Part shown: positions 20,415 to 30,585 of the stretch, one piece after another
How positions within the stretch are numbered: the first letter of the stretch is position 1
Layout of the letters: each line of letters begins with the position of its first letter
NCBI GenBank assembly: GCA_038131935.1
Contig: JAYPQH010000032.1
Location: 32,001 to 96,000 of the forward strand
Direction: 5' to 3'
Length of the DNA: 64,000 bases
DNA from: Alphaproteobacteria bacterium
Lineage (GTDB): Bacteria; Pseudomonadota; Alphaproteobacteria; UBA8317
Translations under genes and position numbers: made by a program
The notes under the pieces: model-generated
The model's database searches: none
Seen by the model: only the letters and a program-made list of their open reading frames with translations
What the model was told of the DNA's origin: nothing

Positions 20415-21491
20415 TCAGTCCGTATTCATAGCCAAATTGGCAACAATTTCACCAATTGCTAGTGAAGAGGTTAAACCTGGAGATTCAATTCCTAACAGAT
20501 TAATGATGGGGCCATCCCTGCGAATAACAAAATCATCACCTGCAATTTTGGGCCGAATACCAGAATAATCAGGAGATAAGGTTCTATCCTCCACCCCCGG
20601 CCAATACCGCCGAACAGCCTCTCGAAATACAACTTCATCATCAAGTTCAACGTCATAGGTTTCCTGCTCAACCCAACGAACGTTGGGGCCAAGTCGACCG
20701 CGACCACCAAGATCTGCCGTGTAATGTATGCCTAAGCCGCCAGGTACAGGCGTTGGATAAATCAATGTATCAAAAGGGCCTTTACCTGAAATTGAAAAAT
20801 AATTTCCTTTGGCAAATTTTTGTGGTGGTTTAGGGGCATCAGACCAATGTTGCGCAGCCAAATCATAGGCACGAAGCCCAGCGGCATTAACAACCAAATC
20901 TACGGCCATTGAGAAATCTTCCCCAGAAGATAGTCCCTCCACTACAACTTGCGACCCCTGCAACATAGTCCCCTGAATGGAGGTATGTGGAACAAAAATG
21001 GCACCACAACTTTCCGCATCACCTAAATAGGCAAACATCAACTCATGGCAGTCAACAATACCTGTTGTTGAAGACCACAAGGCAGAGGTAACAGATAGTG
21101 CGGGCTCTTGCTCCATGGCTTGCGCACCGGGAACCAACTCTAAAACGACACCATTTTTTGCGGCTGTATCACGAATTTTTAAAAGGATTTCATCCTCTTG
21201 CTCGTTTGTTCCAACTATAAACTTTCCTAAATTTCGATGAGGAATGCCTTTTTCCGCACAATAGTCATATAAAAGCTGTTTACCTCGAACACAGCAACGG
21301 GCTTTCAACGATTTTTGAGGATAGTAAATGCCGGCATGAATAACACCAGAGTTTCGCGCACTCACTTCAGAACCCAAATGTTCATGTTGTTCGGTGATCA
21401 CAACATCCCATCCCGTCTGTGCAAGCATTTTTGCACAAGCAAGCCCGACGACCCCAGCTCCTACAACCATAGCTTGCCCTCTACCACTCAT
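20415..21491 (-). CDS. L-2-hydroxyglutarate oxidase/dehydrogenase (LhgO-like FAD oxidoreductase)
   Basis: GAGVVGLA, SARNSGVIHAGIYY, KGNYF, LIYP, GLGIH, GIRPK, GIESPGLTSS. Confidence 0.88.
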   Translation of the reverse strand: MSGRGQAMVVGAGVVGLACAKMLAQTGWDVVITEQHEHLGSEVSARNSGVIHAGIYYPQKSLKARCCVRGKQLLYDYCAEKGIPHRNLGKFIVGTNEQEDEILLKIRDTAAKNGVVLELVPGAQAMEQEPALSVTSALWSSTTGIVDCHELMFAYLGDAESCGAIFVPHTSIQGTMLQGSQVVVEGLSSGEDFSMAVDLVVNAAGLRAYDLAAQHWSDAPKPPQKFAKGNYFSISGKGPFDTLIYPTPVPGGLGIHYTADLGGRGRLGPNVRWVEQETYDVELDDEVVFREAVRRYWPGVEDRTLSPDYSGIRPKIAGDDFVIRRDGPIINLLGIESPGLTSSLAIGEIVANLAMNTD

Positions 21492-21696
21492 ACCAAAACC
21501 TCACTGCGTAATTTTTCTGATAACATAGACCATCGCCGAGGCGGAAAACAAGCAATCAATCCCTTACATTATACAGCGAAAATCAAGGAATACTTAGTTG
21601 TCAACATTCTAAAACAAACCAATGCTTGCCAAACACAGCTTCCCAATTGCAATCTTCATAAAACAAATAATTTTATCAACGTAAAAAGGAAATTTT

Positions 21697-22458
21697 ATGT
21701 CTGAAAATACGATTAAGGTAGCACTTATAACGGGGGCTGGTTCAGGTATTGGGCGCTCTGCAGCTCTCGCTCTTGCAAAAACAGGGCACCATGTTGTTTT
21801 AGCTGGAAGAAGACGTGAGCCTCTAGAACATACAGCTGAACTGGCCTCTGCCCATGGCGTAGACGCCTTGGTTATGCCAACCGACATTGGCAATCCTGAA
21901 GCGGTAAAAGAGCTTTTTTCTCAAGCTTTCAACAAGTTTGGACGACTCGATGTTTTGTTCAACAATGCAGGACTGGGTACCCCTGTTATGCCGATGGAAG
22001 ACATTCCTTATGAAATGTGGAAAACCGTTGTTGACACCAATCTGACGGGAGCTTTCCTTTGCACGCAAGAAGCATTTAGAATCATGCGTGATCAAACTCC
22101 TCAAGGTGGTCGCATTATCAATAATGGCTCTATATCTGCTCATGCACCAAGACCTTTCTCTTCACCTTATACAGCAACAAAACACGCAATTACTGGCCTT
22201 ACGAAATCAACATCTTTAGATGGTCGTGCCTATAACATTGCATGCGGACAGATTGATGTAGGCAACGCTGCCACAGAAATGACGGAACGCATGGCACAGG
22301 GTGTTCCTCAGCCAAATGGGACAATGATGATTGAGGACCGCATGGATGTTGATCATGTGGGCCAAGCGGTAGCCCATATGGCCAGCCTACCACTTGATGC
22401 AAACATTCAATTTATGACCATCATGGCTACCAAAATGCCTTTTGTAGGGAGAGGGTAA
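21697..22458 (+). CDS. SDR family oxidoreductase
   Basis: [18 protein letters not shown]-terminal [10 protein letters not shown]. Confidence 0.92.
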   Translation: MSENTIKVALITGAGSGIGRSAALALAKTGHHVVLAGRRREPLEHTAELASAHGVDALVMPTDIGNPEAVKELFSQAFNKFGRLDVLFNNAGLGTPVMPMEDIPYEMWKTVVDTNLTGAFLCTQEAFRIMRDQTPQGGRIINNGSISAHAPRPFSSPYTATKHAITGLTKSTSLDGRAYNIACGQIDVGNAATEMTERMAQGVPQPNGTMMIEDRMDVDHVGQAVAHMASLPLDANIQFMTIMATKMPFVGRG

Positions 22459-22460
22459 TC

Positions 22461-23112
22461 ATGCTGCACGAAGTATCCGAAATCATTACTCATGAATGGC
22501 AGCGACCAAGCTTGGATATCATGCAAGGTTTTTCCGGGGCGGCGACAGGACATATTGCCGATGCTTTTGATGGGTATGCAGCTCTTAACTTTAAATTAAA
22601 AGCCATCATACCAGAACAAGCAAATTTCTTAGGCATCGCACTAACCTGTCAAACAGGACCAGCAGATAATTTGGCATTGCTGCATGCCTTAACCCACGCT
22701 CAGCCGTGGGACATCTTGGTTGTAGATACCCAAGGTTACACCAATTGTGCTGTGGCGGGTGACTTGGTTTTAGGAATGGCGAAAAATTCCGGTGTGAAGG
22801 GTTTTGTCACAGATGGATGTGTGCGTGATATCGCTGGTATAAGAAAATTAGAAATGCCTGTTTGGGCCATGGGTGTTACCCCTAATTCGCCACACCGAAG
22901 GGGTCCTGGTCATGTAGGCGGACACGTTGTTGGGTTCGACCATTAGAAGCGGCGATATTTTGCTGGCTGATGAAGATGGTGTTGTTGTAATCCCTGCCAA
23001 CCGTGCCGCCGAAATCGTGAAAAAAGTCCATGAAATTGCGCAGGCAGAACAAATTGTCGAGGCAAAAGTACATGCGGGCATGTCACAGCCTGAATTTTTA
23101 CAAAAGCCATGA
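22461..23112 (+). CDS. RraA / HMG-aldolase family protein (frameshift near 22930)
   Basis: DNLA, AVAGDL, DGCVRD; second frame GDILLADEDGVVVIP. Confidence 0.85.
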
Positions 23113-23157
23113 AAAACGCAATAAAATTTCAAAATTTTTAATCTTTTGAAAATTTTT

Positions 23158-23177
23158 TTGACCAATGGGGTGGTCAA
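23158..23177. promoter_or_regulatory. Inverted repeat upstream of the TRAP operon, operator candidate
   Basis: TTGACCA-N6-TGGTCAA immediately before a TTGACG -35-like hexamer (23182-23187). Confidence 0.45.
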
Positions 23178-23290
23178 GACCTTGACGGCCTGCCCCTTTG
23201 AGTTGTTAGCTCGAATAAGCTGCACTAACGTAGCTGCATAATCAATTGCACCAAATGGTGCGCATTCCGTAGATACTTGGGAGGTATCAC

Positions 23291-24343
23291 ATGAAGAATA
23301 TGTTTACCAAAACAACAGCTATTGCTGCCATGTTGGTCGCTGGTTTTGCTGTTGGTACACCCGACGCAGAAGCCAAGAAGGTTCGCTGGAAAATGCACAG
23401 TGCGTTCGGTAAGAACGTTGCTGTGATTGGTCCACCACCGCACCGCATTGCCGACATGGTCAATCGTATGTCTGGTGGTGACTTTGATATTAAAGTCTTT
23501 GAACCAGGTGCCCTTGCTGGTGGTTATGCTTATTATGACCCCGTAAGCCAAGGTGGTTTTGAAGCTGCTTGGGGTACACCAGGTGCAAACCAGGGTAAGA
23601 ACTCTGCATTTGCTTTTGCGTCAACATGGCCGTTTGGACCTGGCGCGCTCGAATTCAACGCATGGATGATGGATGCCGGTGGTGAAGCAATGGTTCGTGA
23701 TTTTTATGCGCGTGATGGCATTCACTACATGTATTGCGGTATGATTCCACCAGAAACATCAGGTTGGTTCCGTACTGAAATCACAAGCCTAGACCAGTTA
23801 AAAGGCCTTAAGATGCGCTTCTTTGGTATGGGTGCTATGGTGATGCAGAAATTTGGTGTATCAACACAGCAGCTTGCAGGTGGCGACATTTATCCAGCCC
23901 TGGAACTGGGAACTATTGATGCGACTGAGTTCTCAATGCCAGCAATCGACCGCACACTTGGCTTCCACCAAATTGCGAAATTCAACTACTTCCCTGGTTG
24001 GCACCAACAGTCTACCACCAACGAAATATTGGTGAACAAAGCAAAGTTCGATGCTTTACCTGATGATAAGCGCGCCATGCTAGAAGTGGCTTGTAAGGCA
24101 AACATTCCTTATATGCTTGCAAATGGTGAATCTATGCAGGCTAAAGCTATGCTCGCAAATGAAAAAGACGGTGTGAAAAATGTCCGTTGGTCACAAGAAG
24201 TACTCGATACCATTGAAGGTAAGTGGAAAGAAGTGTTGGCAGATGAGCGTGCAAAAAATGCTGATGTTGCTGCAATGATGGACTCTTTTGAGGCTTTCTC
24301 AAAAGAATACCGTGTATGGGCTGACATGGGTTATTTGAAATAA
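23291..24343 (+). CDS. dctP: TRAP substrate-binding protein (TakP / keto-acid-lactate type)
   Basis: Signal peptide, WKMHSAF, GWFR, LKMRF, ALELGTIDATEF, PGWHQ. Confidence 0.92.
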   Translation: MKNMFTKTTAIAAMLVAGFAVGTPDAEAKKVRWKMHSAFGKNVAVIGPPPHRIADMVNRMSGGDFDIKVFEPGALAGGYAYYDPVSQGGFEAAWGTPGANQGKNSAFAFASTWPFGPGALEFNAWMMDAGGEAMVRDFYARDGIHYMYCGMIPPETSGWFRTEITSLDQLKGLKMRFFGMGAMVMQKFGVSTQQLAGGDIYPALELGTIDATEFSMPAIDRTLGFHQIAKFNYFPGWHQQSTTNEILVNKAKFDALPDDKRAMLEVACKANIPYMLANGESMQAKAMLANEKDGVKNVRWSQEVLDTIEGKWKEVLADERAKNADVAAMMDSFEAFSKEYRVWADMGYLK

Positions 24344-24366
24344 TCCACGACAAGCTTTGCAAACGT

Positions 24367-24396
24367 ACTGCGGCCCCCTTAGGGCCGCAGTTTTTG
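24367..24396 (+). terminator. Hairpin/terminator after dctP
   Basis: ACTGCGGCCC-cctta-GGGCCGCAGT followed by T-run. Confidence 0.8.
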
Positions 24397-24468
24397 TACC
24401 TTACGTGAACACATAAAATGACTTGTTGCGTGGATTTTTCAAATCATAATAAAAATTGAGGGGAAGGC

Positions 24469-25158
24469 ATGGAAGCGTTATTAAAACTTGCAGATGGTTT
24501 CGACCGTTTTAGTTCTTGGATAGGTAGAATGGTTGGTTGGTTAATGCTGCCACTAATTTTTACCATCATGTTCGATGTGATTACTCGCAAAATTGATGCC
24601 ACTAGGCTTTATTTTGCTGAATGGACAGCTCAGGGATTTTATTCTGTCTCAACCATTCTCCAAGATTTACAATGGCACTACCATGCGATCATTCTTATGC
24701 TTACCTTCGGTTTTGGGTATATGGCAAACGCTCATGTCCGCGTTGACATTTTTCGTGAACAAATGGGTAGAAGAACACAAGGTTGGATGGAATTTTGGAT
24801 GCTCATCATCATGGGTATTCCCTTTCTTTTTGTCTTGTTGTCGTTCTCGTGGGATTTGATGTCGCTGGCTTATCATCAAGGTGAAGGGTCTGAGTCTATG
24901 ACAGGCATCAACCAACGCTGGATAATAAAGAATGTGATGTGGGTAGGCTTTGCAATTTTATTTATCGCTGTCTTGGCTACAATCTCTCGTTTATGGGTCA
25001 TGCTCAAGGGATCTGGTGAAATTTCTGAGAGAGCTGCACGCAGCTTATCAATCTTCCCCAACGATGAAGAACTTGCTGAAGCACGCCGTGTAGCTGAAGA
25101 ACTTATCCGTAAGGAAGCAGAGGCCGCAAAGAATAAAAATACGAGCATGGGAGCCTAA
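24469..25158 (+). CDS. dctQ: TRAP small permease
   Basis: Four TMs, LQWH, HVRVDIF; position in operon. Confidence 0.92.
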   Translation: MEALLKLADGFDRFSSWIGRMVGWLMLPLIFTIMFDVITRKIDATRLYFAEWTAQGFYSVSTILQDLQWHYHAIILMLTFGFGYMANAHVRVDIFREQMGRRTQGWMEFWMLIIMGIPFLFVLLSFSWDLMSLAYHQGEGSESMTGINQRWIIKNVMWVGFAILFIAVLATISRLWVMLKGSGEISERAARSLSIFPNDEELAEARRVAEELIRKEAEAAKNKNTSMGA

Positions 25159-25160
25159 AA

Positions 25161-26768
25161 ATGGAAGCTTTTTACGATCATATGTATGATTATGTTGGGG
25201 CTTATATGTTCCTAACATTAGCTTTGATGTTGTTTACGGGTATGCCCGTTGGCTTCGCATTAGGTGGTGTTTCCACATTATTTGCGTTCTTTTCTGTGTA
25301 TTACCTTGAAGCACTTGATTTTGCCGTATTCTTCCAAGTTATACAAAGAGTTTGGGGGGGTGATGGAGCCTCAGGTGCCGTCCAAAACCCAATTCTGGTT
25401 GCAATCCCTTGCTTTGTATTCATGGGCACCATGTTGGAAAAATCAAAAGTTGCCGATGAACTTCTCTATATCTTGCAGGTTATGTTGCGACGTGTCCCTG
25501 GTGGCCTTGCTCTATCAGTTACCGTTATGGGAACCATCATGGCTGCTACCACTGGAATTATTGGTGCGTCCGTTGTGATGATTACCCTCCTCGCGCTTCC
25601 AACAATGTTGGCAAGGGGATATCATCCTTCTTTGGCAACGGGGACAATTGCAGCATCAGCAACACTTGGTATCCTTATTCCACCGTCCATCATGTTGGTG
25701 ATCATGGCCAACCTTTTGGCTGTGTCTGTTGGAAATCTTTTCATTGGTGCAATTATACCTGGCTTGCTGCTATCAGGCCTTTATTTTGTGTATATCTTAT
25801 GTGTGGCATCAATTAACCCGAAAATGGCGCCAGCGCTTTCTGAAGATTCCATTCAATTGGAGCCTACCAGCAAAGGACACACGCTCGCATTTGCAGGTAT
25901 GGTTCTTGTTGCCATCATCATTGCTTGGGGTGGCCCAAAGTTGGGTATGTCTGACAATATAAACTGGCCATTGTTGGCATTCTTGGTTGTTTTTGTATCC
26001 GCTATGGTCATTGGAAAGTCCGAGGGCAACACTCTTTTGGGTGGTATCCTAAAAGGTTTTGTACCGCCTATCTTCCTGATAGTGATGGTTCTTGGATCTA
26101 TCTTTGCTGGCTGGGCAACCCCAACAGAAGCGGCGGGTGTGGGCGCATTTGGCTCTTTGGTTTTGGCGTGGGTGAACGGCACCCTAAACAAGGATGTTTT
26201 ATCAGCAGTATGCCATAGAACCTCCTTAACGGTGGCGATGATCTTCTTCATTTTTGTCGGCGCAACCGCCTTCTCAACCATTTTTAGAAACGTGTATGGT
26301 GAAGATCTCATTATTGAATTCATTGAGTACCTAGAACTCGGACCATGGCCTTTGTTGATCATGCTGATGGTTACAATTTTCTTACTTGGGTTTTTCTTTG
26401 ATTTCCTTGAAATCACCCTGATCATTTTGCCTGTTTTTGATCCTATCATCAGAACCATGGCCGTTGAATTCGCTCCGCATTTGGGGTTGGAGGATCCAAC
26501 AAACCAAGCGATGCGAGAATATGTTGAGGCACAGGTGATATATTGGTTTGCAATTTTGGTTGCTGTGAACCTGCAGACATCTTTCCTCACGCCACCATTC
26601 GGCTTCGCCCTCTTTTACATGAAGGGTGTGGCTCCCTCTGGTGTCAAAATGCAAGATATCTATAAAGGCATCATTCCTTTTGTTTGCCTTCAAGTTGTCG
26701 GCATTATACTGGTCCTTCTGTTCCCAGATTTGGCGTTATGGTTGCCTGAACAAGTATTTGGACGATAA
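25161..26768 (+). CDS. dctM: TRAP large permease
   Basis: LVAIPCFVFMG, LGILIPPSI, ATPTEAA, NLQTSFLTPPFGFALFY. Confidence 0.95.
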   Translation: MEAFYDHMYDYVGAYMFLTLALMLFTGMPVGFALGGVSTLFAFFSVYYLEALDFAVFFQVIQRVWGGDGASGAVQNPILVAIPCFVFMGTMLEKSKVADELLYILQVMLRRVPGGLALSVTVMGTIMAATTGIIGASVVMITLLALPTMLARGYHPSLATGTIAASATLGILIPPSIMLVIMANLLAVSVGNLFIGAIIPGLLLSGLYFVYILCVASINPKMAPALSEDSIQLEPTSKGHTLAFAGMVLVAIIIAWGGPKLGMSDNINWPLLAFLVVFVSAMVIGKSEGNTLLGGILKGFVPPIFLIVMVLGSIFAGWATPTEAAGVGAFGSLVLAWVNGTLNKDVLSAVCHRTSLTVAMIFFIFVGATAFSTIFRNVYGEDLIIEFIEYLELGPWPLLIMLMVTIFLLGFFFDFLEITLIILPVFDPIIRTMAVEFAPHLGLEDPTNQAMREYVEAQVIYWFAILVAVNLQTSFLTPPFGFALFYMKGVAPSGVKMQDIYKGIIPFVCLQVVGIILVLLFPDLALWLPEQVFGR

Positions 26769-26773
26769 ACATA

Positions 26774-26808
26774 GGGGCCTCTTGGTTTAAATTTAACCAA
26801 GGGGCCCT
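26774..26808 (+). terminator. Hairpin after dctM
   Basis: GGGCCTCTTGGTT...AACCAAGGGGCCC inverted repeat. Confidence 0.6.
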
Positions 26809-26891
26809 CTTCACGACATGGTTCACAAACAAATACTGCTTATCTTTGCAGTCTCCACCTAAACACATTCAACGCTACATGGAGAAAAATT

Positions 26892-27224
26892 ATGCTTCTT
26901 GATATAAGAACTTATGAATGCCATCCAGGAACTATCAACGAACACCTCGCTTTGTACGAGCAAATTGGTAAAACCCCGCAGATGCGTCATTTAGGTATTC
27001 CTCTTCTTTATGCGAAGACAGAAACAGGTAACCCAAACGTGTATGTTCATATTTGGGTTTATGAAAGTGCAGGCGATCGTGAGGCAAAGCGAGCTGCAAT
27101 GTGGAAAGATCCAGAATGGATTGCCTACACAAAGGCTTCTAAAGAACTGGGTGCCTTGAAATCACAAAAGAATGAATTGGTCACTCCTGTGGATTTTATG
27201 CCAATGCCGGTACAAAACCACTGA
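26892..27224 (+). CDS. NIPSNAP family protein
   Basis: DIRTY...HIWVYES..DRE.KRAAM..DPEW. Confidence 0.88.
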   Translation: MLLDIRTYECHPGTINEHLALYEQIGKTPQMRHLGIPLLYAKTETGNPNVYVHIWVYESAGDREAKRAAMWKDPEWIAYTKASKELGALKSQKNELVTPVDFMPMPVQNH

Positions 27225-27256
27225 TAAAATCAAATTAAAATAGTGAGTTACAATTT

Positions 27257-28174
27257 TTGTTGATCCATAACGCTCACATTTTGTTAATTCTTGCCACCCT
27301 TGGTTGGGGTGGCAATGCTATAGCCGGTCGTTTGGCAGAGGGACATATATCACCAATGGTATTGGTGTTTGTCCGATGGTCAGTGGTGCTCATCATTGCA
27401 TTGATTGTACGTCACAGACAGATGAGAGAGGCTTGGCCTATTATCAAACAACACGCAAAATGGGTCATACCCATGGCGTTAATTGGATTCACCGGCTTTA
27501 ATTCTCTTTTTTACTTCGCGGCACAAAAGACAACTGCTATTAACCTTGGTCTTATTCAATGTGCCATGCCAATTTATATCATGATTGGTTCAGCATTAGC
27601 CTTCAAAGAACATGTCACCCTCCTCCAAGCCTTTGGGGTTTTTCTTTCTCTTCTTGGTGTTGGATTGGTGCTGAGTGAAGGTGACTTGGAAACCCTTCAA
27701 GACATCCAGTTCAACCCTGGAGACCTTATCATGTTGGCGGCATGCATGTTTTATGCAGCCTATGCAGTTGGCTTACGCACCAGGCCAAAAAAAATAGATG
27801 ATATCACATTGATGGGTTATTTCGCAGCGGTTGCTTGGGTAGGTTCAATTCCCTTCATGCTGCTTGAACCTCTTTGGCAAACGCCACAATTGTGGCCCTC
27901 TGGTCTCATGGGGTTTGCATTGATTGCTTATGTCGCAATTGTTCCCTCTTTTATGTCGCAAATTTTGTTCATGCGGGGTGTGTCGATTATTGGATCAAAC
28001 AAAGCTGGCATATATGGTAACTTGGTTCCTATATACGCGGCTATCCTTGGCGTCATGCTGTTATCAGAAACATTTCAATTGTATCATTTTTGGGCAACCA
28101 TTCTTGCAGCAGTTGGTATTTATCTTGTTACAATCAAAAATATAACCTTTTATTTTCCGCCACGTGCAAAATAG
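27257..28174 (+). CDS. DMT/EamA transporter
   Basis: WGGNAIAGR, about 10 TMs, TTAIN, GDL, NLVP. Confidence 0.88.
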   Translation: MLIHNAHILLILATLGWGGNAIAGRLAEGHISPMVLVFVRWSVVLIIALIVRHRQMREAWPIIKQHAKWVIPMALIGFTGFNSLFYFAAQKTTAINLGLIQCAMPIYIMIGSALAFKEHVTLLQAFGVFLSLLGVGLVLSEGDLETLQDIQFNPGDLIMLAACMFYAAYAVGLRTRPKKIDDITLMGYFAAVAWVGSIPFMLLEPLWQTPQLWPSGLMGFALIAYVAIVPSFMSQILFMRGVSIIGSNKAGIYGNLVPIYAAILGVMLLSETFQLYHFWATILAAVGIYLVTIKNITFYFPPRAK

Positions 28175-28398
28175 ATTTTTAAACCCCTAACAAGCGAACC
28201 TAAAAATATAGCACCGTAAAAGAAGACCGCAAAAGTAAACATTGTTCTTGCCCACTGCGCGAAACTATCCGTGATGAATATAAAGGCCACACCAGATGCT
28301 ACCAACATAAGCGTCGCAATGATGAGAGCTGTGATCGTTTTTCCAACCAATTTCTCCCAATCCCAGTCTTGTCCACCAGTCAACATCGTTACATCCAT
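28150..28398 (-). CDS. Hypothetical two-TM membrane protein
   Basis: Two hydrophobic segments; fills intergenic gap. Confidence 0.5.
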   Translation of the reverse strand: MDVTMLTGGQDWDWEKLVGKTITALIIATLMLVASGVAFIFITDSFAQWARTMFTFAVFFYGAIFLGSLVRGLKIYFARGGK

Positions 28399-28482
28399 TT
28401 TTTTATTGCGAATGAATCAGAAATCCCACAACATTTACAACGATTTGTTGTCAAAGCAATTCCTGTCTGATGAGGGGTTATC

Positions 28483-29286
28483 ATGTATCACACCAAACTA
28501 TCCAGTGACGAAATTGAGCATTACCATGAATACGGTTATGTTGTACCGTCTTTCACCCTTGCACCTGAGGTACTTAACCGTATGAGGGAAGCATTTGTTC
28601 AGATGCAAGAACAGAATCCTCATTTATCATCAAACAATATGCTATGCCCACATCTTGAGCATGCGGGTGTCCAAAATTTAAAAGGGGATAAAGTTTGGCT
28701 TGAGTTTGCATCATTACCAGAAATTTGTGATATGGTGGCACAACTCATCGGACCAGATTTTTTATTATGGGGGACAACCTTATTTGGAAAACCAGCGCGT
28801 ACTGGTAAGGAAGTTCCCATGCATCAAGATGGTGAATATTGGCCTATTCGTCCTCTAGCAACATGTTCTGCATGGATCGCATTGGATGATACTGATGAGG
28901 AAAATGGTTGTTTGGAAGTTATCCCTGGCTCTCATAAAAACAAGCAACTGCTGAAACACAAACAAGACGATGGCGATCATTTGGTGCTCAATCAGGTCCT
29001 ACTTGACCATGAATACAATGAAGAAGATCGCAAACCAATACGACTGAAGGCAGGACAAGTTTCATTTCACGATGTCTACCTTGCACATGGTTCTAAACCA
29101 AACCATTCCGATCGCCGTCGCGCCGGTTTTGTTTGTCGCTATATGCCCATGACGTCCCATTTTGACCATGAGCTTGGTAAAAGTTTTCAAAAGAAAACCG
29201 GCGTTGTTGACTTTGCCACAAGACGGGTAATTAAGATGCGTGGGGAAGATATATGTGGTAAAAACAACTTTTTAATAGGAACATAG
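28483..29286 (+). CDS. PhyH-family Fe(II)/2-oxoglutarate dioxygenase
   Basis: FGKP, HQDGEYWP, WIALD, NGCL..IPGSH, HGS..N.S..RR. Confidence 0.9.
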   Translation: MYHTKLSSDEIEHYHEYGYVVPSFTLAPEVLNRMREAFVQMQEQNPHLSSNNMLCPHLEHAGVQNLKGDKVWLEFASLPEICDMVAQLIGPDFLLWGTTLFGKPARTGKEVPMHQDGEYWPIRPLATCSAWIALDDTDEENGCLEVIPGSHKNKQLLKHKQDDGDHLVLNQVLLDHEYNEEDRKPIRLKAGQVSFHDVYLAHGSKPNHSDRRRAGFVCRYMPMTSHFDHELGKSFQKKTGVVDFATRRVIKMRGEDICGKNNFLIGT

Positions 29287-29289
29287 TAT

Positions 29290-29775
29290 CTACATAAGTG
29301 TGATAGGATCACCCACATGAACCTCACCGCCTTCAATGATGCGGCAATTCAATCCTGATCTATTGTATAGAGGCAAATGAACGGGTTTTCCTAATAACTC
29401 TTGAAGGTAGGCGCATGGGAAATTGAGTCTGCCACCCTCTATAACAGCTTTACCCATACGAAACCTTTTGCCGACTAGGTAATTCAAAGGGACATTTTTC
29501 GTGGTGATATTCCTTCTATGTTCATGCGGTTCCAATGTTATGGGGCCGCGCTGAAGCGGTGGTTGGTTTTCATTCAAGGCGTCAAGGACCTCTTGTTCAA
29601 TCAACGTTAGCTCCCTGATGTCAGGTTTATCAGAATAGGTTCCTGTTCCCAAAAAGTAGCGATCGCCTTCGATGCCACGCCCTGCAACAAGGTTGGCTTG
29701 GCTGAGGCCAATCATGTCTTCTGAGCCTTTAGGGCAAATATGAATATGGGTCACCAAACCATTTTCAAAAATCAT
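29290..29775 (-). CDS. MOSC domain protein
   Basis: GIEGDRY, RELTLIE, HRRNITT, FPCAYL; start taken at ATG 29775. Confidence 0.85.
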   Translation of the reverse strand: MIFENGLVTHIHICPKGSEDMIGLSQANLVAGRGIEGDRYFLGTGTYSDKPDIRELTLIEQEVLDALNENQPPLQRGPITLEPHEHRRNITTKNVPLNYLVGKRFRMGKAVIEGGRLNFPCAYLQELLGKPVHLPLYNRSGLNCRIIEGGEVHVGDPITLM

Positions 29776-29881
29776 CAGCTCTTCTCCCAAGACATAACAA
29801 AATAAATATGACGCATAGATAAAGGCTTGGCTAGCTGAAGAATTCTGCATAATCTGACATAAAATATTGAGAAGGTTTCTA

Positions 29882-30571
29882 ATGCTGACATTTACCATTC
29901 CTCAAAACGAAGAATTTATAGAAATTCAAGAACAACCTATTCGTTTGATCATAGCAGGCTGGACAGGTCGCGATGCAGACAAAGTCCAAGAGCATATCGA
30001 AGAGTTAGCTGCTATTGGTGTCCCTAAACCTTCCACAGTTCCTGTTTTTTATCAGGTTTCCGCATCTCGGTTAACACAATCTGAGAATATTCAGGTGGTT
30101 GGTAACGGCGAAAGTGGCGAAGTAGAATTCGTTTTGGCAAACATTGGCGGGGATATCTATGTTGGATTGGGATCTGATCATACAGACAGAGATGCTGAAG
30201 TTCATGGCATTACGCTTGCAAAACAAATGTGTGACAAACCCATATCTCACGAACTTTGGGCGCTAAATGATGTTTTAGCGCATTGGGATCATATTGAGTT
30301 GGAAGCACGAATTCGCATTCATCAAGAACAGCATATTTATCAAAAAGGATCAGTGGCGGATATGCTTCACCCTGTTGATTTGTTAAACAAACTCGCGGCA
30401 AGTCGACATGGAGAACCACTTCAACCCGGTGAATGGATGATGTGTGGAACCTTACCAGCTATAGGCGGAATCAAGCCTGCCCATCATTTTTCTATGCGCT
30501 TACACGACCCTGTACGCAACAGGAGTATTTTCAAAGAATATAGCATCACCAATCTAGATATTAATGGATAA
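29882..30571 (+). CDS. DUF2848 family (FAH-like fold) protein
   Basis: IAGWTGRD...HIEELAAIGV, SGEVE, GSDHTDR, KQMCDKP, CGT. Confidence 0.88.
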   Translation: MLTFTIPQNEEFIEIQEQPIRLIIAGWTGRDADKVQEHIEELAAIGVPKPSTVPVFYQVSASRLTQSENIQVVGNGESGEVEFVLANIGGDIYVGLGSDHTDRDAEVHGITLAKQMCDKPISHELWALNDVLAHWDHIELEARIRIHQEQHIYQKGSVADMLHPVDLLNKLAASRHGEPLQPGEWMMCGTLPAIGGIKPAHHFSMRLHDPVRNRSIFKEYSITNLDING

Positions 30572-30585
30572 TAAGGGAACGCTTT

